A stretch of 59,149 nt of DNA from the IMG/VR virus record IMGVR_UViG_3300024518_001350, positions 1 through 59,149 of that record; one strand, 5' to 3'. The stretch comes from a virus. Its lineage: Duplodnaviria > Caudoviricetes. This document shows, piece after piece, positions 18,997-29,583 of the stretch. Every line of letters starts with the position of its first letter. Position 1 is the stretch's first letter. The notes below the pieces were generated by a model, which worked only from the letters and a program-made list of their open reading frames with translations, ran no database searches and was not told the origin of the DNA. Both the position numbers and the translations under genes were made by a program.

Positions 18997-21402
18997 ATGG
19001 CATCAACTTATAATAGTAACTATTTCTCCATAGAGAAGATGACCACAGGGGAGAAGGATGGTACGTGGGGAGAACTCACAAATGACAATTGGATTGCCAT
19101 ACAGCAGGCCATTGGTGCCAACAGTGTAATAAACACAGAAACTGTAACTGGCAGTAGTACCTACAGCTTGGTTCCAGGTACACCTCTTTATGGTGATCTA
19201 ACCTTATTACTACCAGATGCTACCAACTCCTCAGCTACAACCACTGATGCTAAGTCTAGATGTTCCTTCATGACCATAACTGGTACCGGGCTAGGGAGTG
19301 GTGGCGTAGTACCTTACCCTGATTTTGTTAGATTAAATGTGTGTGGAATTACTTCTACAACGGCTGTTGATAGAATGTATTTCATAAAGAACGAACTTAC
19401 TCCTGGCTTGATACAGCCAAATACTGTATTAAGAGTCTACAATGGTGATGCTACTTTCACTGGCAGTTATGTAGAAATAAACAATGGAAGTACTGCGTTA
19501 GTGTCGTTCATCTCAGACCCTAAATCGGTTACCGATGCAACTCAGCAGCTAAAGATAAAAACTATAGACATGGACAATACGCAGGGTGGTAAGATACTGC
19601 TAAGAAATCAATTAGCCAGTAGCCTAGCGATAGTTCAAGTTGATGATCTTAATGCTGAAGTTGCAGTTGCATCAATAAATACTACTAAGGGTGTTACTGA
19701 TGTGAGCATAGACCCAGGTGGAAATGGAACTGGATACGTAGAAGGTCTTAACGAGTTAACATTTTCAGGAGGGATTCCCCTTACTGGAACAGGAGTAACA
19801 GCAGGAACATTTACAGTTGTAAACGGGGCGCTAACAGATACCACTATCACCCATCGTGGTCAGAACTGGACAACTGCACCAAATGTAGGATTTGATAAGG
19901 GTGTACAGGTAAGGGATATAACTCTCAATGCACAGGGTACATTGTACACCCCAGGGACATATCCTATTACCTTTACGGGTGGTAGCCCTGATGTACCAGC
20001 CAATGGAACATTCACAGTTGCTACTAGCGGTGATACTGTTACAACAGTGAACCTAGTATATGGTGGTCGTGGTTACCAGTCAGTTCCTACAGCTACATGC
20101 GTTCAATCGGGAGCAAGTGGCGGAAATGCAACTGTTTTAATTAGCTCTAATGCAGCAGCAACAGCTACTCTTGGCGATACCTCAACAGTAGATTTATCTG
20201 CATCTAGTTCCATAATTAGAAATGCAGTAATAGAAGAGTCAAGTATTGGTTTAGTTGATCCTCAGCCTGGAAAATTCACAACGCTTGAATCGTCATCGAG
20301 TACCGTGTTAGGTGGGGATGCTAATGATATTATAAATATAACTGGCCTCATAGATGGTCCAATAAAGTTCTCGGTGGATAACGACACTACTCCTAATAAT
20401 GTACTAGGAACAGATACGTCTAGGATTACTTCCTTAGTTTCTAGGGATATAACTATAAACAAAGGAGATGACGAACAGATACTTCTTTTCAAGGGAGGGG
20501 GTACCGAAGCTGCGGGGGCTGGGGTAAATACGACACAGGTAGGGAGAATAATAACAGACTTCACAGATGAAACTATCTCTATGGAGTCTGCTTCTGATTG
20601 GGCTGCCACTGGTGGAATAAGGATTATACTAGACAATACAGACAGGAAAGCATACATATCGACTAACCCAGGGTTGAGTGGTATAGGGAGTATAACCTTG
20701 ACCGGAGGAGGATCAGGATACCCTAATGGGTTTAATCAAGCATATAGCCTGACTAATGTTACAAACACTTCTCTTTGTAATGTTCTTTATGATGTAGAGT
20801 ATGGTATTGTTACAGCAATGAGGATCAACTACCAAGGCCAGGGATACACAGATGTTGGTCCAGCCCCTAATATTGCTCCCGACAACACTACTGATCCAGT
20901 ACCGGGAGGAGGGTCTGGTTGCACCTTTACTACAGTGGTTGGTGGTCCTACAACGAACACACTTATCGGTGGTGCCTCTCAAGAAAGAGTTGTACCAGAT
21001 CCAAATACAAGCCTTACGTCCATTGGCAACTACCAAGAATTCACATTCAACAGTAATAGTGCTAATATGACAGGGGCTATGTTCGACCAATCTCATGGTC
21101 GAAATACTCCCCCTATCATGATAAGTGGACTTTACAGGATAACCAGTACTGCTGGGTATGGTCTTTCAATTGGTGATGAGATTCATGCAGACAGGGGTTC
21201 TGGTAGGTTCAGTGGTGGTGCAACTGGTTCTTTTGGTGTAAACATTATTGCCAATGCCAGCAGATTTTATTGGCGTGGCGGGAGGAGTGGTAACGCTGGT
21301 TCCAATGTATATTACCAACCAATAGGTACCCCTAGTAGTGGTGGAAACACCCTAGGCCAGATTCAAGGAGATTTTGATTTCGTGACAAGGTGTTGGTGGT
21401 GA
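18997..21402 (+). CDS. tail fibre 3, paralogous to fibre 1 over roughly the first 400 aa
   Basis: MASTYNSNYFSIEKMTTGEKDGTWGELTNDNW versus MASTYKSNLYSVEEIGIGEADGIWGTLTNDNW. Confidence 0.8.
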   Translation: MASTYNSNYFSIEKMTTGEKDGTWGELTNDNWIAIQQAIGANSVINTETVTGSSTYSLVPGTPLYGDLTLLLPDATNSSATTTDAKSRCSFMTITGTGLGSGGVVPYPDFVRLNVCGITSTTAVDRMYFIKNELTPGLIQPNTVLRVYNGDATFTGSYVEINNGSTALVSFISDPKSVTDATQQLKIKTIDMDNTQGGKILLRNQLASSLAIVQVDDLNAEVAVASINTTKGVTDVSIDPGGNGTGYVEGLNELTFSGGIPLTGTGVTAGTFTVVNGALTDTTITHRGQNWTTAPNVGFDKGVQVRDITLNAQGTLYTPGTYPITFTGGSPDVPANGTFTVATSGDTVTTVNLVYGGRGYQSVPTATCVQSGASGGNATVLISSNAAATATLGDTSTVDLSASSSIIRNAVIEESSIGLVDPQPGKFTTLESSSSTVLGGDANDIINITGLIDGPIKFSVDNDTTPNNVLGTDTSRITSLVSRDITINKGDDEQILLFKGGGTEAAGAGVNTTQVGRIITDFTDETISMESASDWAATGGIRIILDNTDRKAYISTNPGLSGIGSITLTGGGSGYPNGFNQAYSLTNVTNTSLCNVLYDVEYGIVTAMRINYQGQGYTDVGPAPNIAPDNTTDPVPGGGSGCTFTTVVGGPTTNTLIGGASQERVVPDPNTSLTSIGNYQEFTFNSNSANMTGAMFDQSHGRNTPPIMISGLYRITSTAGYGLSIGDEIHADRGSGRFSGGATGSFGVNIIANASRFYWRGGRSGNAGSNVYYQPIGTPSSGGNTLGQIQGDFDFVTRCWW

Positions 21403-21443
21403 TAAAATAAATGATGTCACAAAGTTTGGAGAATAATAACTGA

Positions 21444-23978
21444 ATGTATATTAAACCACAAATAGAACCAGGGATGAGTAGGGATGGATCCCAGTATGAA
21501 GCTATGAATACATGGTTTAATGGCAACAATGTAAGGTTTAAGCTTGGTAAGCCTCAGTCTGTAGGTGGATGGGAAGAGAAGCTTTACCAAGACTTTGACG
21601 ATTTGCCTAGAGATCTAAAAGGTATAGCAAGGTCTGTATTTCAATGGGTGTCAGGTAATGGGAGCTATTACACATTAGTAGGAACTACATGGAAAGTATA
21701 TCTTATACATGTAAATACTGTATATGATGTAACTCCACTCAAGTCTGATAATCTTAAAATAGTATCCCCAGTTCTCCCTGAGACCAACGACTACAGCTTC
21801 CCTGCATTTGAGTATAATGCTACAAATAAGACTGAAATATGGGTTAGGAAAACAGTCTCAAGCACCCCAGGTAATTTTGCAAGAGTTAAAACTGAGTGCA
21901 AAGGTAATGACGTAGTTAATTACAACAACGGTTTTTGTATGATAAAGGATTTATTGTTCACTGAGCCAGGGCTTGATGTATTGCCCGAGGATTTTAATTC
22001 TGGATACAAGGGATCAACCCAGCAAGGGAAACCCAGTAACGATGATGGATGGCATCTATTCAAGAAGGATAACTTTGACTATTTTAAAATAGATGCAGAG
22101 ATCGGTGAGATGGCCGCATTCACAACTGCTACACTTGATGTTGCTAACAAAATCAGTCAAGGTCAAACAACCAACATAACAATAAAGACTGACCCCGTTT
22201 TCAAGCCAAGGGAGGGAGATGTTGTACTAATTAGTGTACTTTATGGTTTTGAGCTAATACAACTAGGAACTGATGTGTCTACTACTAACAACGTAACATT
22301 GTATGGCGATGCTACAACACCTTGTGAGAGGGGTATGTTTGGAACTACTGATAGTGAATGGATCCCTGACTTGACGCTCGGCTACCCAATAAATATGCAG
22401 ATGTATGAAAGGAAATTGAATCTCCAGCCTAATGATAATACTGCTAAGATATGGTACAACATAAACCCTGGGTTAGACAGAGAAATATCAGTAGTGGCTA
22501 CATCATCCTGGGGTATTGGTAGCTGGGGCAATGGGCTATGGGGAGGAGCTGGCCTTATACCAGCAACTGCTGAAACTAGTCTAAGGTTCTGGAGCTTCTG
22601 TGCTAATGGTGATGATATAGTAATGAGTCCAACAAATGGAGAGATATACTATCTATCACTAAAGAATATAACTGGATCGGCAGACACTGTTCCTGATACC
22701 GAGGATGTTAATACTAGGAGAGTAAGGACACTTGGAGAACAGGGTGAGTTCAACGGTGTAACACCAGTGAAAATACCTACCGTAAATGGTGACATATTGC
22801 TAACCACACTTAGTGGGCATTTAATATCTTTCTCCACACAACATTTCTCTGGTGGCAGCCAGACTGAGGTTAGCCCCATACTTGTAAGGTGGTCTGATAA
22901 TGACTTGAATGATCTTAACATATTCGATTGGGGCCTAAGGTCAACCAATACCTCTGGAGGGTTGGTACTCAATAGCGGATCAACCATTAATGGTATGTTA
23001 GAAACTAATAGAGAAGTTCTTATATGGACAGACGTTTCTATGTATAGTCTAAGATACGTTGGTCCTCCTTCCGTGTTCACGCTTACATTGATATCAAGTA
23101 ACGTAAATCTTATAGCAAGGCATGCATCAGTAGTAGTTGGTGGTGAAGTATTCTTTATGGGGATAGACTCATTTTACAGTTACAAGGGACAGCTATCAAT
23201 GATCCCATGTACTGTTTCTAACTTTGTCTTTGACAATATAAACACATCGCAGAAGGATAAGATATATGCATTCCAGAATGAAAGATTCTCTGAGATAAGC
23301 TGGTGTTATCCGTCTGCTAATTCTTTTGAAGTAGATCTGTATGTTACATATAACTACCTAGACAAGGTTTGGTATACTGGAAGTTTTGATATGATTCCTG
23401 TAGAGGTATCAGGGGTTCAAGGTGGAGCTGTCACTGGATACAATAGAACATCATGGATTGATGCTAACCTTGAGGAGACTCCAGTTTCAACCTACATAAA
23501 GACATTCGACTTACAATCACAGCCACAAAATCTAACGACAGGTATAGTGGCTCATGATACTGGTTATGCAATGGTTTACCAAGGAGTAAGTCCAGAACCA
23601 CTAGAGGCATTCATAGAGAGTGGAGATGTTGGGCTGGACGATAGTGGAACTGTATTCTTCATGAGGAGATTCTTGCCAGATATATACTGGACAGGCTCTG
23701 CTCCTAACATAGAGGGAGATGGGATAGACATGGTATTTTCGTCAAAGAAGTACCCAGACTCCTTTGCTCCTACGTCAATTAGTGATGCTAAGGTGTTTGA
23801 GCCAACTGAGTACACAAGTACAGTTGGTACTGGTAACCCTGTACCAAGGGATGGTAAATATGACATAAGGGGTCGTGGTACTACATTCTCCATAAAGCTA
23901 ACATCTTCTAGCCAGAACTATGGATGGAGAGTTGGTGACGTTTCTGTTGATATAAAGCCTGATGGGAAGAGATCATAG
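21444..23978 (+). CDS. tail nozzle/tubular protein B (P22 gp10-like)
   Basis: NVRF..G.P..VGGW, VRWSD and EISWCYPS motifs; C-terminal DIKPDGKR. Confidence 0.75.
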   Translation: MYIKPQIEPGMSRDGSQYEAMNTWFNGNNVRFKLGKPQSVGGWEEKLYQDFDDLPRDLKGIARSVFQWVSGNGSYYTLVGTTWKVYLIHVNTVYDVTPLKSDNLKIVSPVLPETNDYSFPAFEYNATNKTEIWVRKTVSSTPGNFARVKTECKGNDVVNYNNGFCMIKDLLFTEPGLDVLPEDFNSGYKGSTQQGKPSNDDGWHLFKKDNFDYFKIDAEIGEMAAFTTATLDVANKISQGQTTNITIKTDPVFKPREGDVVLISVLYGFELIQLGTDVSTTNNVTLYGDATTPCERGMFGTTDSEWIPDLTLGYPINMQMYERKLNLQPNDNTAKIWYNINPGLDREISVVATSSWGIGSWGNGLWGGAGLIPATAETSLRFWSFCANGDDIVMSPTNGEIYYLSLKNITGSADTVPDTEDVNTRRVRTLGEQGEFNGVTPVKIPTVNGDILLTTLSGHLISFSTQHFSGGSQTEVSPILVRWSDNDLNDLNIFDWGLRSTNTSGGLVLNSGSTINGMLETNREVLIWTDVSMYSLRYVGPPSVFTLTLISSNVNLIARHASVVVGGEVFFMGIDSFYSYKGQLSMIPCTVSNFVFDNINTSQKDKIYAFQNERFSEISWCYPSANSFEVDLYVTYNYLDKVWYTGSFDMIPVEVSGVQGGAVTGYNRTSWIDANLEETPVSTYIKTFDLQSQPQNLTTGIVAHDTGYAMVYQGVSPEPLEAFIESGDVGLDDSGTVFFMRRFLPDIYWTGSAPNIEGDGIDMVFSSKKYPDSFAPTSISDAKVFEPTEYTSTVGTGNPVPRDGKYDIRGRGTTFSIKLTSSSQNYGWRVGDVSVDIKPDGKRS

Positions 23979-24889
23979 TGGGTGTTACTGGAGTCGAGAA
24001 TCTATCTTCTGCCTCGGAAGAATATGACAAGGCCAATGAAGATGAATTTAGATTCATGCTTCAGCAGATTGTTGATAGACTAGATAGTAAACTTTCCTCT
24101 GTAGCATCAGGTGTAGGGGAAGAGTCATTAAGTTCCAATTCAAGATTATCACATGTCAGACCTAGCGTAGGAATAAAAACATATCCTGACCAGAGCGGTG
24201 GTTCAGCTCCTGTAGTCCTAGAAGACAACAACTTCTTCTTTGGAAATTGGGAAAGTTTCAACATAACCAAGTCTATACCATTGGGTAATCTGGTTCCACA
24301 ATGGTTTGAGAAGGTAGAATTCTCTGCACGGCAAACAACGACACCAGTTACATGGGCTCAGGAAATAGTTGCACCAAAGGTGATTCCAGTGAATCAAACA
24401 CCTCCAGCAGCAGCTTTAGGATTCGGCAGTGAATTTAAATATCAGGGAGCTTTCCCTGAGAGTGGAGAGAAGTATTTTTTAGTCAACTGGAGTCTTGGTC
24501 TAGTGGGTTACTCCTATATAAAAGGGAATCTTGTAATTGCCGGTTTGACCATGGACACTACTCCAACCTATAACGGTCCGGTTAGGGTTGATACACATGC
24601 TGACCTACCTGGGACTTATCAGATATCGCAAGGTTTGGGTTCTGGTTATGAATACTACGGTGGGGTCTTTTACCTTGGTTCTCAAACATGCTCTGGAACT
24701 GCTATAGTAAAGATAAAGAACAACGTGCTGAACGGAACTCAGTCTGGTATAGTGGACAGACTTGGGTTTCAATGGGGAATGATGAATAATACTCAAGTTG
24801 ATGCAGCACCTAACCCATACACTGTCACAGCCCTTTTACCATATGCTGATGGCTTTCAAATTTCAATAGTACCCCTGGGGAATGGATAA
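23978..24889 (+). CDS. tail-associated protein
   Basis: Coupled to the nozzle gene; N-terminal helix plus beta domain. Confidence 0.6.
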   Translation: MGVTGVENLSSASEEYDKANEDEFRFMLQQIVDRLDSKLSSVASGVGEESLSSNSRLSHVRPSVGIKTYPDQSGGSAPVVLEDNNFFFGNWESFNITKSIPLGNLVPQWFEKVEFSARQTTTPVTWAQEIVAPKVIPVNQTPPAAALGFGSEFKYQGAFPESGEKYFLVNWSLGLVGYSYIKGNLVIAGLTMDTTPTYNGPVRVDTHADLPGTYQISQGLGSGYEYYGGVFYLGSQTCSGTAIVKIKNNVLNGTQSGIVDRLGFQWGMMNNTQVDAAPNPYTVTALLPYADGFQISIVPLGNG

Positions 24890-24895
24890 TATAAA

Positions 24896-25162
24896 ATGGC
24901 TAAAAGTTTATTAGATATTATGATGATACAGTATGTGGAAAACATCATTCAGTCCTCCATGCATGGGGACTTTATAACAGAATCTCAACTTATTAAACAG
25001 AATTATATAGAATCTGTATTAATTGATATTGGTAAACCTACTCTAGATGAAGTATTAGATGCTAGTGAATTAGAAGTAAAGAGAATGCTCAATGATGGTA
25101 TTGAATTTAGTGGGATACGGCTGGAACTACCTAAAGAAAAATCTAAAATGGACACTAAATAG
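24896..25162 (+). CDS. hypothetical protein
   Basis: Co-oriented ORF. Confidence 0.55.
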   Translation: MAKSLLDIMMIQYVENIIQSSMHGDFITESQLIKQNYIESVLIDIGKPTLDEVLDASELEVKRMLNDGIEFSGIRLELPKEKSKMDTK

Positions 25163-25573
25163 ATGGATAGGTATAAAGTACTAGGTAAGGTGAACCTAAC
25201 AACACCTAGCTCTTCACTATTGTACACAGTACCGTTACCTACGGTATTTGAGAATACAGATGTAGGGCCAAGGACAGATGCTACAGTTCTATATACTATA
25301 GTAAGCTCTATTATAATATCTAATCAACTTTTTACTAATAGTCACTTCAGTATAGCTGTACTGGACGATAGTTCAGTAGTAACTCCAGTAGCTGCTGATT
25401 ATATATTTAAAAGTATATTATTAGAATCATGGGTTACAATGGTTGTAAGCCCAGGTATAACATTGCCATCTATCCCGCAGGGAGCAGATTTATTACATGG
25501 GGCAGCTCTATGGGTAAAATGCGATACGGGAAATATAACAGTTCAAGCTTATGGAGCAGAAGTAACTCAATGA
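25163..25573 (+). CDS. small tail structural protein
   Basis: YKVLG...LYTVP...YGAE pattern. Confidence 0.65.
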   Translation: MDRYKVLGKVNLTTPSSSLLYTVPLPTVFENTDVGPRTDATVLYTIVSSIIISNQLFTNSHFSIAVLDDSSVVTPVAADYIFKSILLESWVTMVVSPGITLPSIPQGADLLHGAALWVKCDTGNITVQAYGAEVTQ

Positions 25574-25588
25574 AAGGTATAGATTGAT

Positions 25589-26953
25589 ATGATAGAATGG
25601 GAAAAGTACGCACCTAAGAATAAGAGCAGTACTTCTAAGTTTAGGAATGAATTTCCTAACAAGAAAGAAGCTGAGGACATAGCTAAGAAGGGTCGCTTCG
25701 GTGACACTATGATTATGCATGTCAACCCAGCAGAGGTTGAGCTTCTTGCACAGTTTGCCCCCGGTGGGATAACTATCAACCCAGAGACAGGTCAGCCAGA
25801 GGCATTCTTGCCATTACTGGCTGGGATTGTACCCATGATAACTGGTGCCTTATCATCTATAGGGCCTGCATTGATGGCTGGTATTGGAGCTATAGGTAGC
25901 GGCTTAGGTGCCGTTGGTGGTATGATAGGTACTGGACTAGGTGCCGTTGGTAGTGCAGCAAGTTCCGTTCTTGGGTCTGTAGGTATTGGAGGAGGAGCAG
26001 GAGCAGCAGCAGCTCCTTCAACTGTGCTAGCAACTGTGCCAACTGCTACTGCTGAAGCTGCGCTTGCTTCTGCTGGTACTACTGCTGCACAGGGTGCTGC
26101 TAGCATACCAGCATGGATGTCTGGTTCAGGCACTCCTTTTATGTCTGCCCTCGGAGTGGATGCGACAGGTGCAGCATTACCGGGATCATTTAGTACTCTT
26201 GGGAGTGGAGGTGCTGCCTTTACTCCAGCAGCCTTGCCGGGAGCAATTCCGACAGGCATCATAAACCCTGCGTTAATGGGTGGTCAGGTTCCAATGAATA
26301 CTGGTAGTATGCTAGCACAAACAGGGAGTCAAATGACACCTGAGATGTTTACTGCATTACAGAATGCACAAGGAGCAGTTGTACCACCTGTAACTCCACC
26401 TGTTGTAGCACCTGTAGCTCCACCCGTTACACCCGTTACACCAACTTGGGCAGGCTCTCCATTGAACCCTGCTAATATGGGAGCTAACCCTGCTTTCCCA
26501 CCCACTACTGGCCCATGGAATCCAGCTCCCGCTTTCAATGCTACGGCTCCTATCCAGAATATACCTGCCAGTGCATTCCCTGGTGCCCCTCAGGCCACCA
26601 ACTCGATTAGTCAAGCCTACTCGGCGATGCCGGGTGGAGCAAATAGTACTCCGATAGCCGGGGTGGAACTACCTGCCAACCTAGGCGAGCCACTCACTAT
26701 AGGTGAAAGTATAGCTGGAATGAGTGATAGTAGTAAGTTAATGGCTCTATTTGGAGCAGGTTCACTTATAGACTCTCTGGCAAGCGATGACTTTGGAAGT
26801 GAAGAAGAGGAATATGTGAATAGTTATGGTGCAGAATACCGTCCAAGCTGGAAAGAGAATCCATATTCTAGAAAAACTAGAAGACTAGCAGTAGGCCCAG
26901 GTGGTAGCCCCGATAACATAAACCCAAGATATTATGGTAGTGGAATAGGATGA
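25589..26953 (+). CDS. internal virion/ejection protein
   Basis: GRFGDTMIMHVNPAE...TINPETGQPEAF followed by a Gly/Ala-rich hydrophobic region. Confidence 0.7.
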   Translation: MIEWEKYAPKNKSSTSKFRNEFPNKKEAEDIAKKGRFGDTMIMHVNPAEVELLAQFAPGGITINPETGQPEAFLPLLAGIVPMITGALSSIGPALMAGIGAIGSGLGAVGGMIGTGLGAVGSAASSVLGSVGIGGGAGAAAAPSTVLATVPTATAEAALASAGTTAAQGAASIPAWMSGSGTPFMSALGVDATGAALPGSFSTLGSGGAAFTPAALPGAIPTGIINPALMGGQVPMNTGSMLAQTGSQMTPEMFTALQNAQGAVVPPVTPPVVAPVAPPVTPVTPTWAGSPLNPANMGANPAFPPTTGPWNPAPAFNATAPIQNIPASAFPGAPQATNSISQAYSAMPGGANSTPIAGVELPANLGEPLTIGESIAGMSDSSKLMALFGAGSLIDSLASDDFGSEEEEYVNSYGAEYRPSWKENPYSRKTRRLAVGPGGSPDNINPRYYGSGIG

Positions 26954-26964
26954 AGGGAATATAA

Positions 26965-27900
26965 ATGGAATCAGGTAATAACTCGTCAGATCCAGGCAAT
27001 GTATACTTTGATGTACCTGGGGGTATATCAAGTCAGTTCCAAGTTAATAATCAACTAAACCCTTACAGCTATGCACCTGTGCATTCTAGTTTCGGAATAG
27101 GGTCATTAACTGGAGGTGGTAATGATAGGGTGGCAACTGACTATGAGACATTGCGTGGAGTAGGAGATTCTACTCCCTACAATTATGATCAGTATTTGAG
27201 TTGGGGGTTAGGCGGATATGCTACTGAGATAGTTACTGGCTACGATAGTTTCGGGAATCCAATCATAGTTAGACCCGGTAGCTCAGTCCCTATGGAGGGA
27301 TATGATAATGTAGAAGGATATAATTGGGATCTGCTTCCTGAACATGGACCTTCATTCACTGACTCACCACTTGTAAGCCCACAAAGAGATGCTCCTTCAC
27401 AGGAGTTCTATGATAGTGGTGTAGCTAATGTAGACAGGGGAATACCTGGGGTTCTACTAGGTTCACAAAGTGCTGGATTCCAACCAGACTACGGTTACGC
27501 AATGACTAGCGACGGTCCTCGGATGCCTTCAAATCGTGATCAATATACATCAGTAAATGGTTACATACCCGCATTGATAGGTGGTGGTAGCTGGGTGTGG
27601 AACCCTGAGCTTACGAGAATGGGTTACGCGACAAATTCACCAAAGGGTGCCAGGGGAGGAGAACGGGGAGAACTCGAGAATCTTAGAGGAAATTGGTCAT
27701 ACGTTGGCAGAAATGGACAATGGGTCAAATCAACTGAATTGAGTGATGAACAGATAGCAACTAGGCCAACCTTGGATGATGCGAGGGAACAGGGGTATGT
27801 GAGTAGGAATACCGGATATGGTGGTTCAGGAACACCGGTCCAAGGCTACATCCCTCCAGGCAGAGACACGTACGTTGACTACGGTTTTAGAATATACTAA
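26965..27900 (+). CDS. putative internal virion protein
   Basis: Low-complexity Gly/Tyr-rich ORF in the ejection cluster. Confidence 0.6.
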   Translation: MESGNNSSDPGNVYFDVPGGISSQFQVNNQLNPYSYAPVHSSFGIGSLTGGGNDRVATDYETLRGVGDSTPYNYDQYLSWGLGGYATEIVTGYDSFGNPIIVRPGSSVPMEGYDNVEGYNWDLLPEHGPSFTDSPLVSPQRDAPSQEFYDSGVANVDRGIPGVLLGSQSAGFQPDYGYAMTSDGPRMPSNRDQYTSVNGYIPALIGGGSWVWNPELTRMGYATNSPKGARGGERGELENLRGNWSYVGRNGQWVKSTELSDEQIATRPTLDDAREQGYVSRNTGYGGSGTPVQGYIPPGRDTYVDYGFRIY

Positions 27901-27917
27901 AGGAAGGTGACATCAAC

Positions 27918-28445
27918 ATGATAAATGAACAGAATGATAGGTTTGACTTTGATAGAAATCAATCAGAGTTCGATAATGGAAGTACGCAGTTTAATCAAGG
28001 AGATATGGAAGATGTTATGCTTGCCCTTGAAGCTGCCTTAATAGGAGAGCTTCCTCAGGCAGAGGCTGCTCAAGTTATAGATCAGTTCATAGCCGTCTTT
28101 GGTGAAGAGGAATTCAGAAGGGCCAGCCAAGCTATCCTTGAAGGTGGTCAAGGTATGGATGTTCCCATGGGGCCTGATTCAGGATTGGTTGAAGGCCCAG
28201 GTACTGGGACTAGTGATAGTGTGGATGCTATAATAATGCCTAATGCACAGCCTGGGTATGCTATGGGTGGCAATGTTGACCTAAGTAAGCACCCAGGTGG
28301 TGGTGGTCCTGAGCCTGTTAAGCTCTCTGCTGGGGAGTACATACTTCCACACGATGCAGTTAGGAAGATAGGTGGAGGGGATCATGGGCTAGGCACACTC
28401 AAGCTAGACAAGATGCTAGGGAAGGAGATTGTAAGGAATGGGTAA
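27918..28445 (+). CDS. internal virion protein (GPGTGTSD...LSxGEY domain)
   Basis: Conserved motif seen in tape-measure and internal proteins. Confidence 0.7.
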   Translation: MINEQNDRFDFDRNQSEFDNGSTQFNQGDMEDVMLALEAALIGELPQAEAAQVIDQFIAVFGEEEFRRASQAILEGGQGMDVPMGPDSGLVEGPGTGTSDSVDAIIMPNAQPGYAMGGNVDLSKHPGGGGPEPVKLSAGEYILPHDAVRKIGGGDHGLGTLKLDKMLGKEIVRNG

Positions 28446-29559
28446 AAAAGGAGGAGGAGGAAACCCGGACTCTACTCAGACTGTGATCAATGAACTGCCT
28501 AGCTATGCAAGACCATACTATGATCAAGTAATGGCTATGTCGTCTGAGAATCTAGACAACACGGTAGGCTGGGATCAGTATAAAGAGACTGGAAGGACAG
28601 ACGTAAACGGAGATCCTATCCTGGGAGGGTACCTAGAACCCGGCGATGAAGGATATGGAGGAACAGGAATACCTACCTATATGGGAGGGAGACCTGAGGC
28701 TAGAATAGCAGCAACGGCACCAGAAATTGTAGCTGCTGGTCAAGCTAGGAAAGAGTTATTCGATAATCCGAATAGAATGTACGAACAGTTCAGCAATGAT
28801 CAAATGAATTTTGCTGCTAATGCTAATGCAAACATGGAAGCTCAATCTGCTGGTGGTAATTTCTACGACTTAGATGAGAATGGGATTTCAAATGCACAGA
28901 AATATATGAATCCCTATCAACAGCTTGTAACAGATAATGCAACAAGGGCAGCCACTACAAGCTATGAACAGCAGAGAGATAGAAGAGCAGCTCAGACTGC
29001 TGCTTCTGGTGGCAGAGGGGGTTATAGGGATAGTATAATGGACTCTATAGGTCAAAGTTCACTAGCAGGTGAGCTTGGTAATATAGTAGGTGACTTCGGA
29101 TCACAGGGGTACATGAATGCCCAAGATCAGTTCAATAGAGACAGGGATGTTTCTATGGGTGCTGTTAATAACAGAAACGCAATGAGACAAGCTCAGGCTG
29201 GCATAGCTTCTGGACTTGCTGGAGACAGTAGAGGGTTCGGACAACAGGACTACAACCAAAGGCTAAGAGAGATTGCTGGTATGGAATCTGTTGGGTACAG
29301 AGCTATGGGCGAAGAGCAGCAGAAGAAGGATCTAATGTATTCTGACTGGGTAAACGAAGATAACTACCTACAGAATCAGATGGCTAACCAAATGGGTATG
29401 CTCAGTGGTATGCCTATGAGCAATAACTCGTACCAAACTAATGCATCAGCAGTTCCTGGGGCTGCTCAGCAACTTTTTGCTACTGGAATTGGCATTGCAG
29501 GAATGGACCAAGCCTTTAATGGCGGTGGTGGTGGTAAGGGAATATTCGATCTTCTTTAA
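28438..29559 (+). CDS. DNA ejection/transfer protein
   Basis: MGKKGGGG start, YMNPYQ motif, Gln/Ala-rich helices. Confidence 0.7.
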   Translation: MGKKGGGGNPDSTQTVINELPSYARPYYDQVMAMSSENLDNTVGWDQYKETGRTDVNGDPILGGYLEPGDEGYGGTGIPTYMGGRPEARIAATAPEIVAAGQARKELFDNPNRMYEQFSNDQMNFAANANANMEAQSAGGNFYDLDENGISNAQKYMNPYQQLVTDNATRAATTSYEQQRDRRAAQTAASGGRGGYRDSIMDSIGQSSLAGELGNIVGDFGSQGYMNAQDQFNRDRDVSMGAVNNRNAMRQAQAGIASGLAGDSRGFGQQDYNQRLREIAGMESVGYRAMGEEQQKKDLMYSDWVNEDNYLQNQMANQMGMLSGMPMSNNSYQTNASAVPGAAQQLFATGIGIAGMDQAFNGGGGGKGIFDLL

Positions 29560-29583
29560 GATAAACATTTGAAGGGAAATTAG

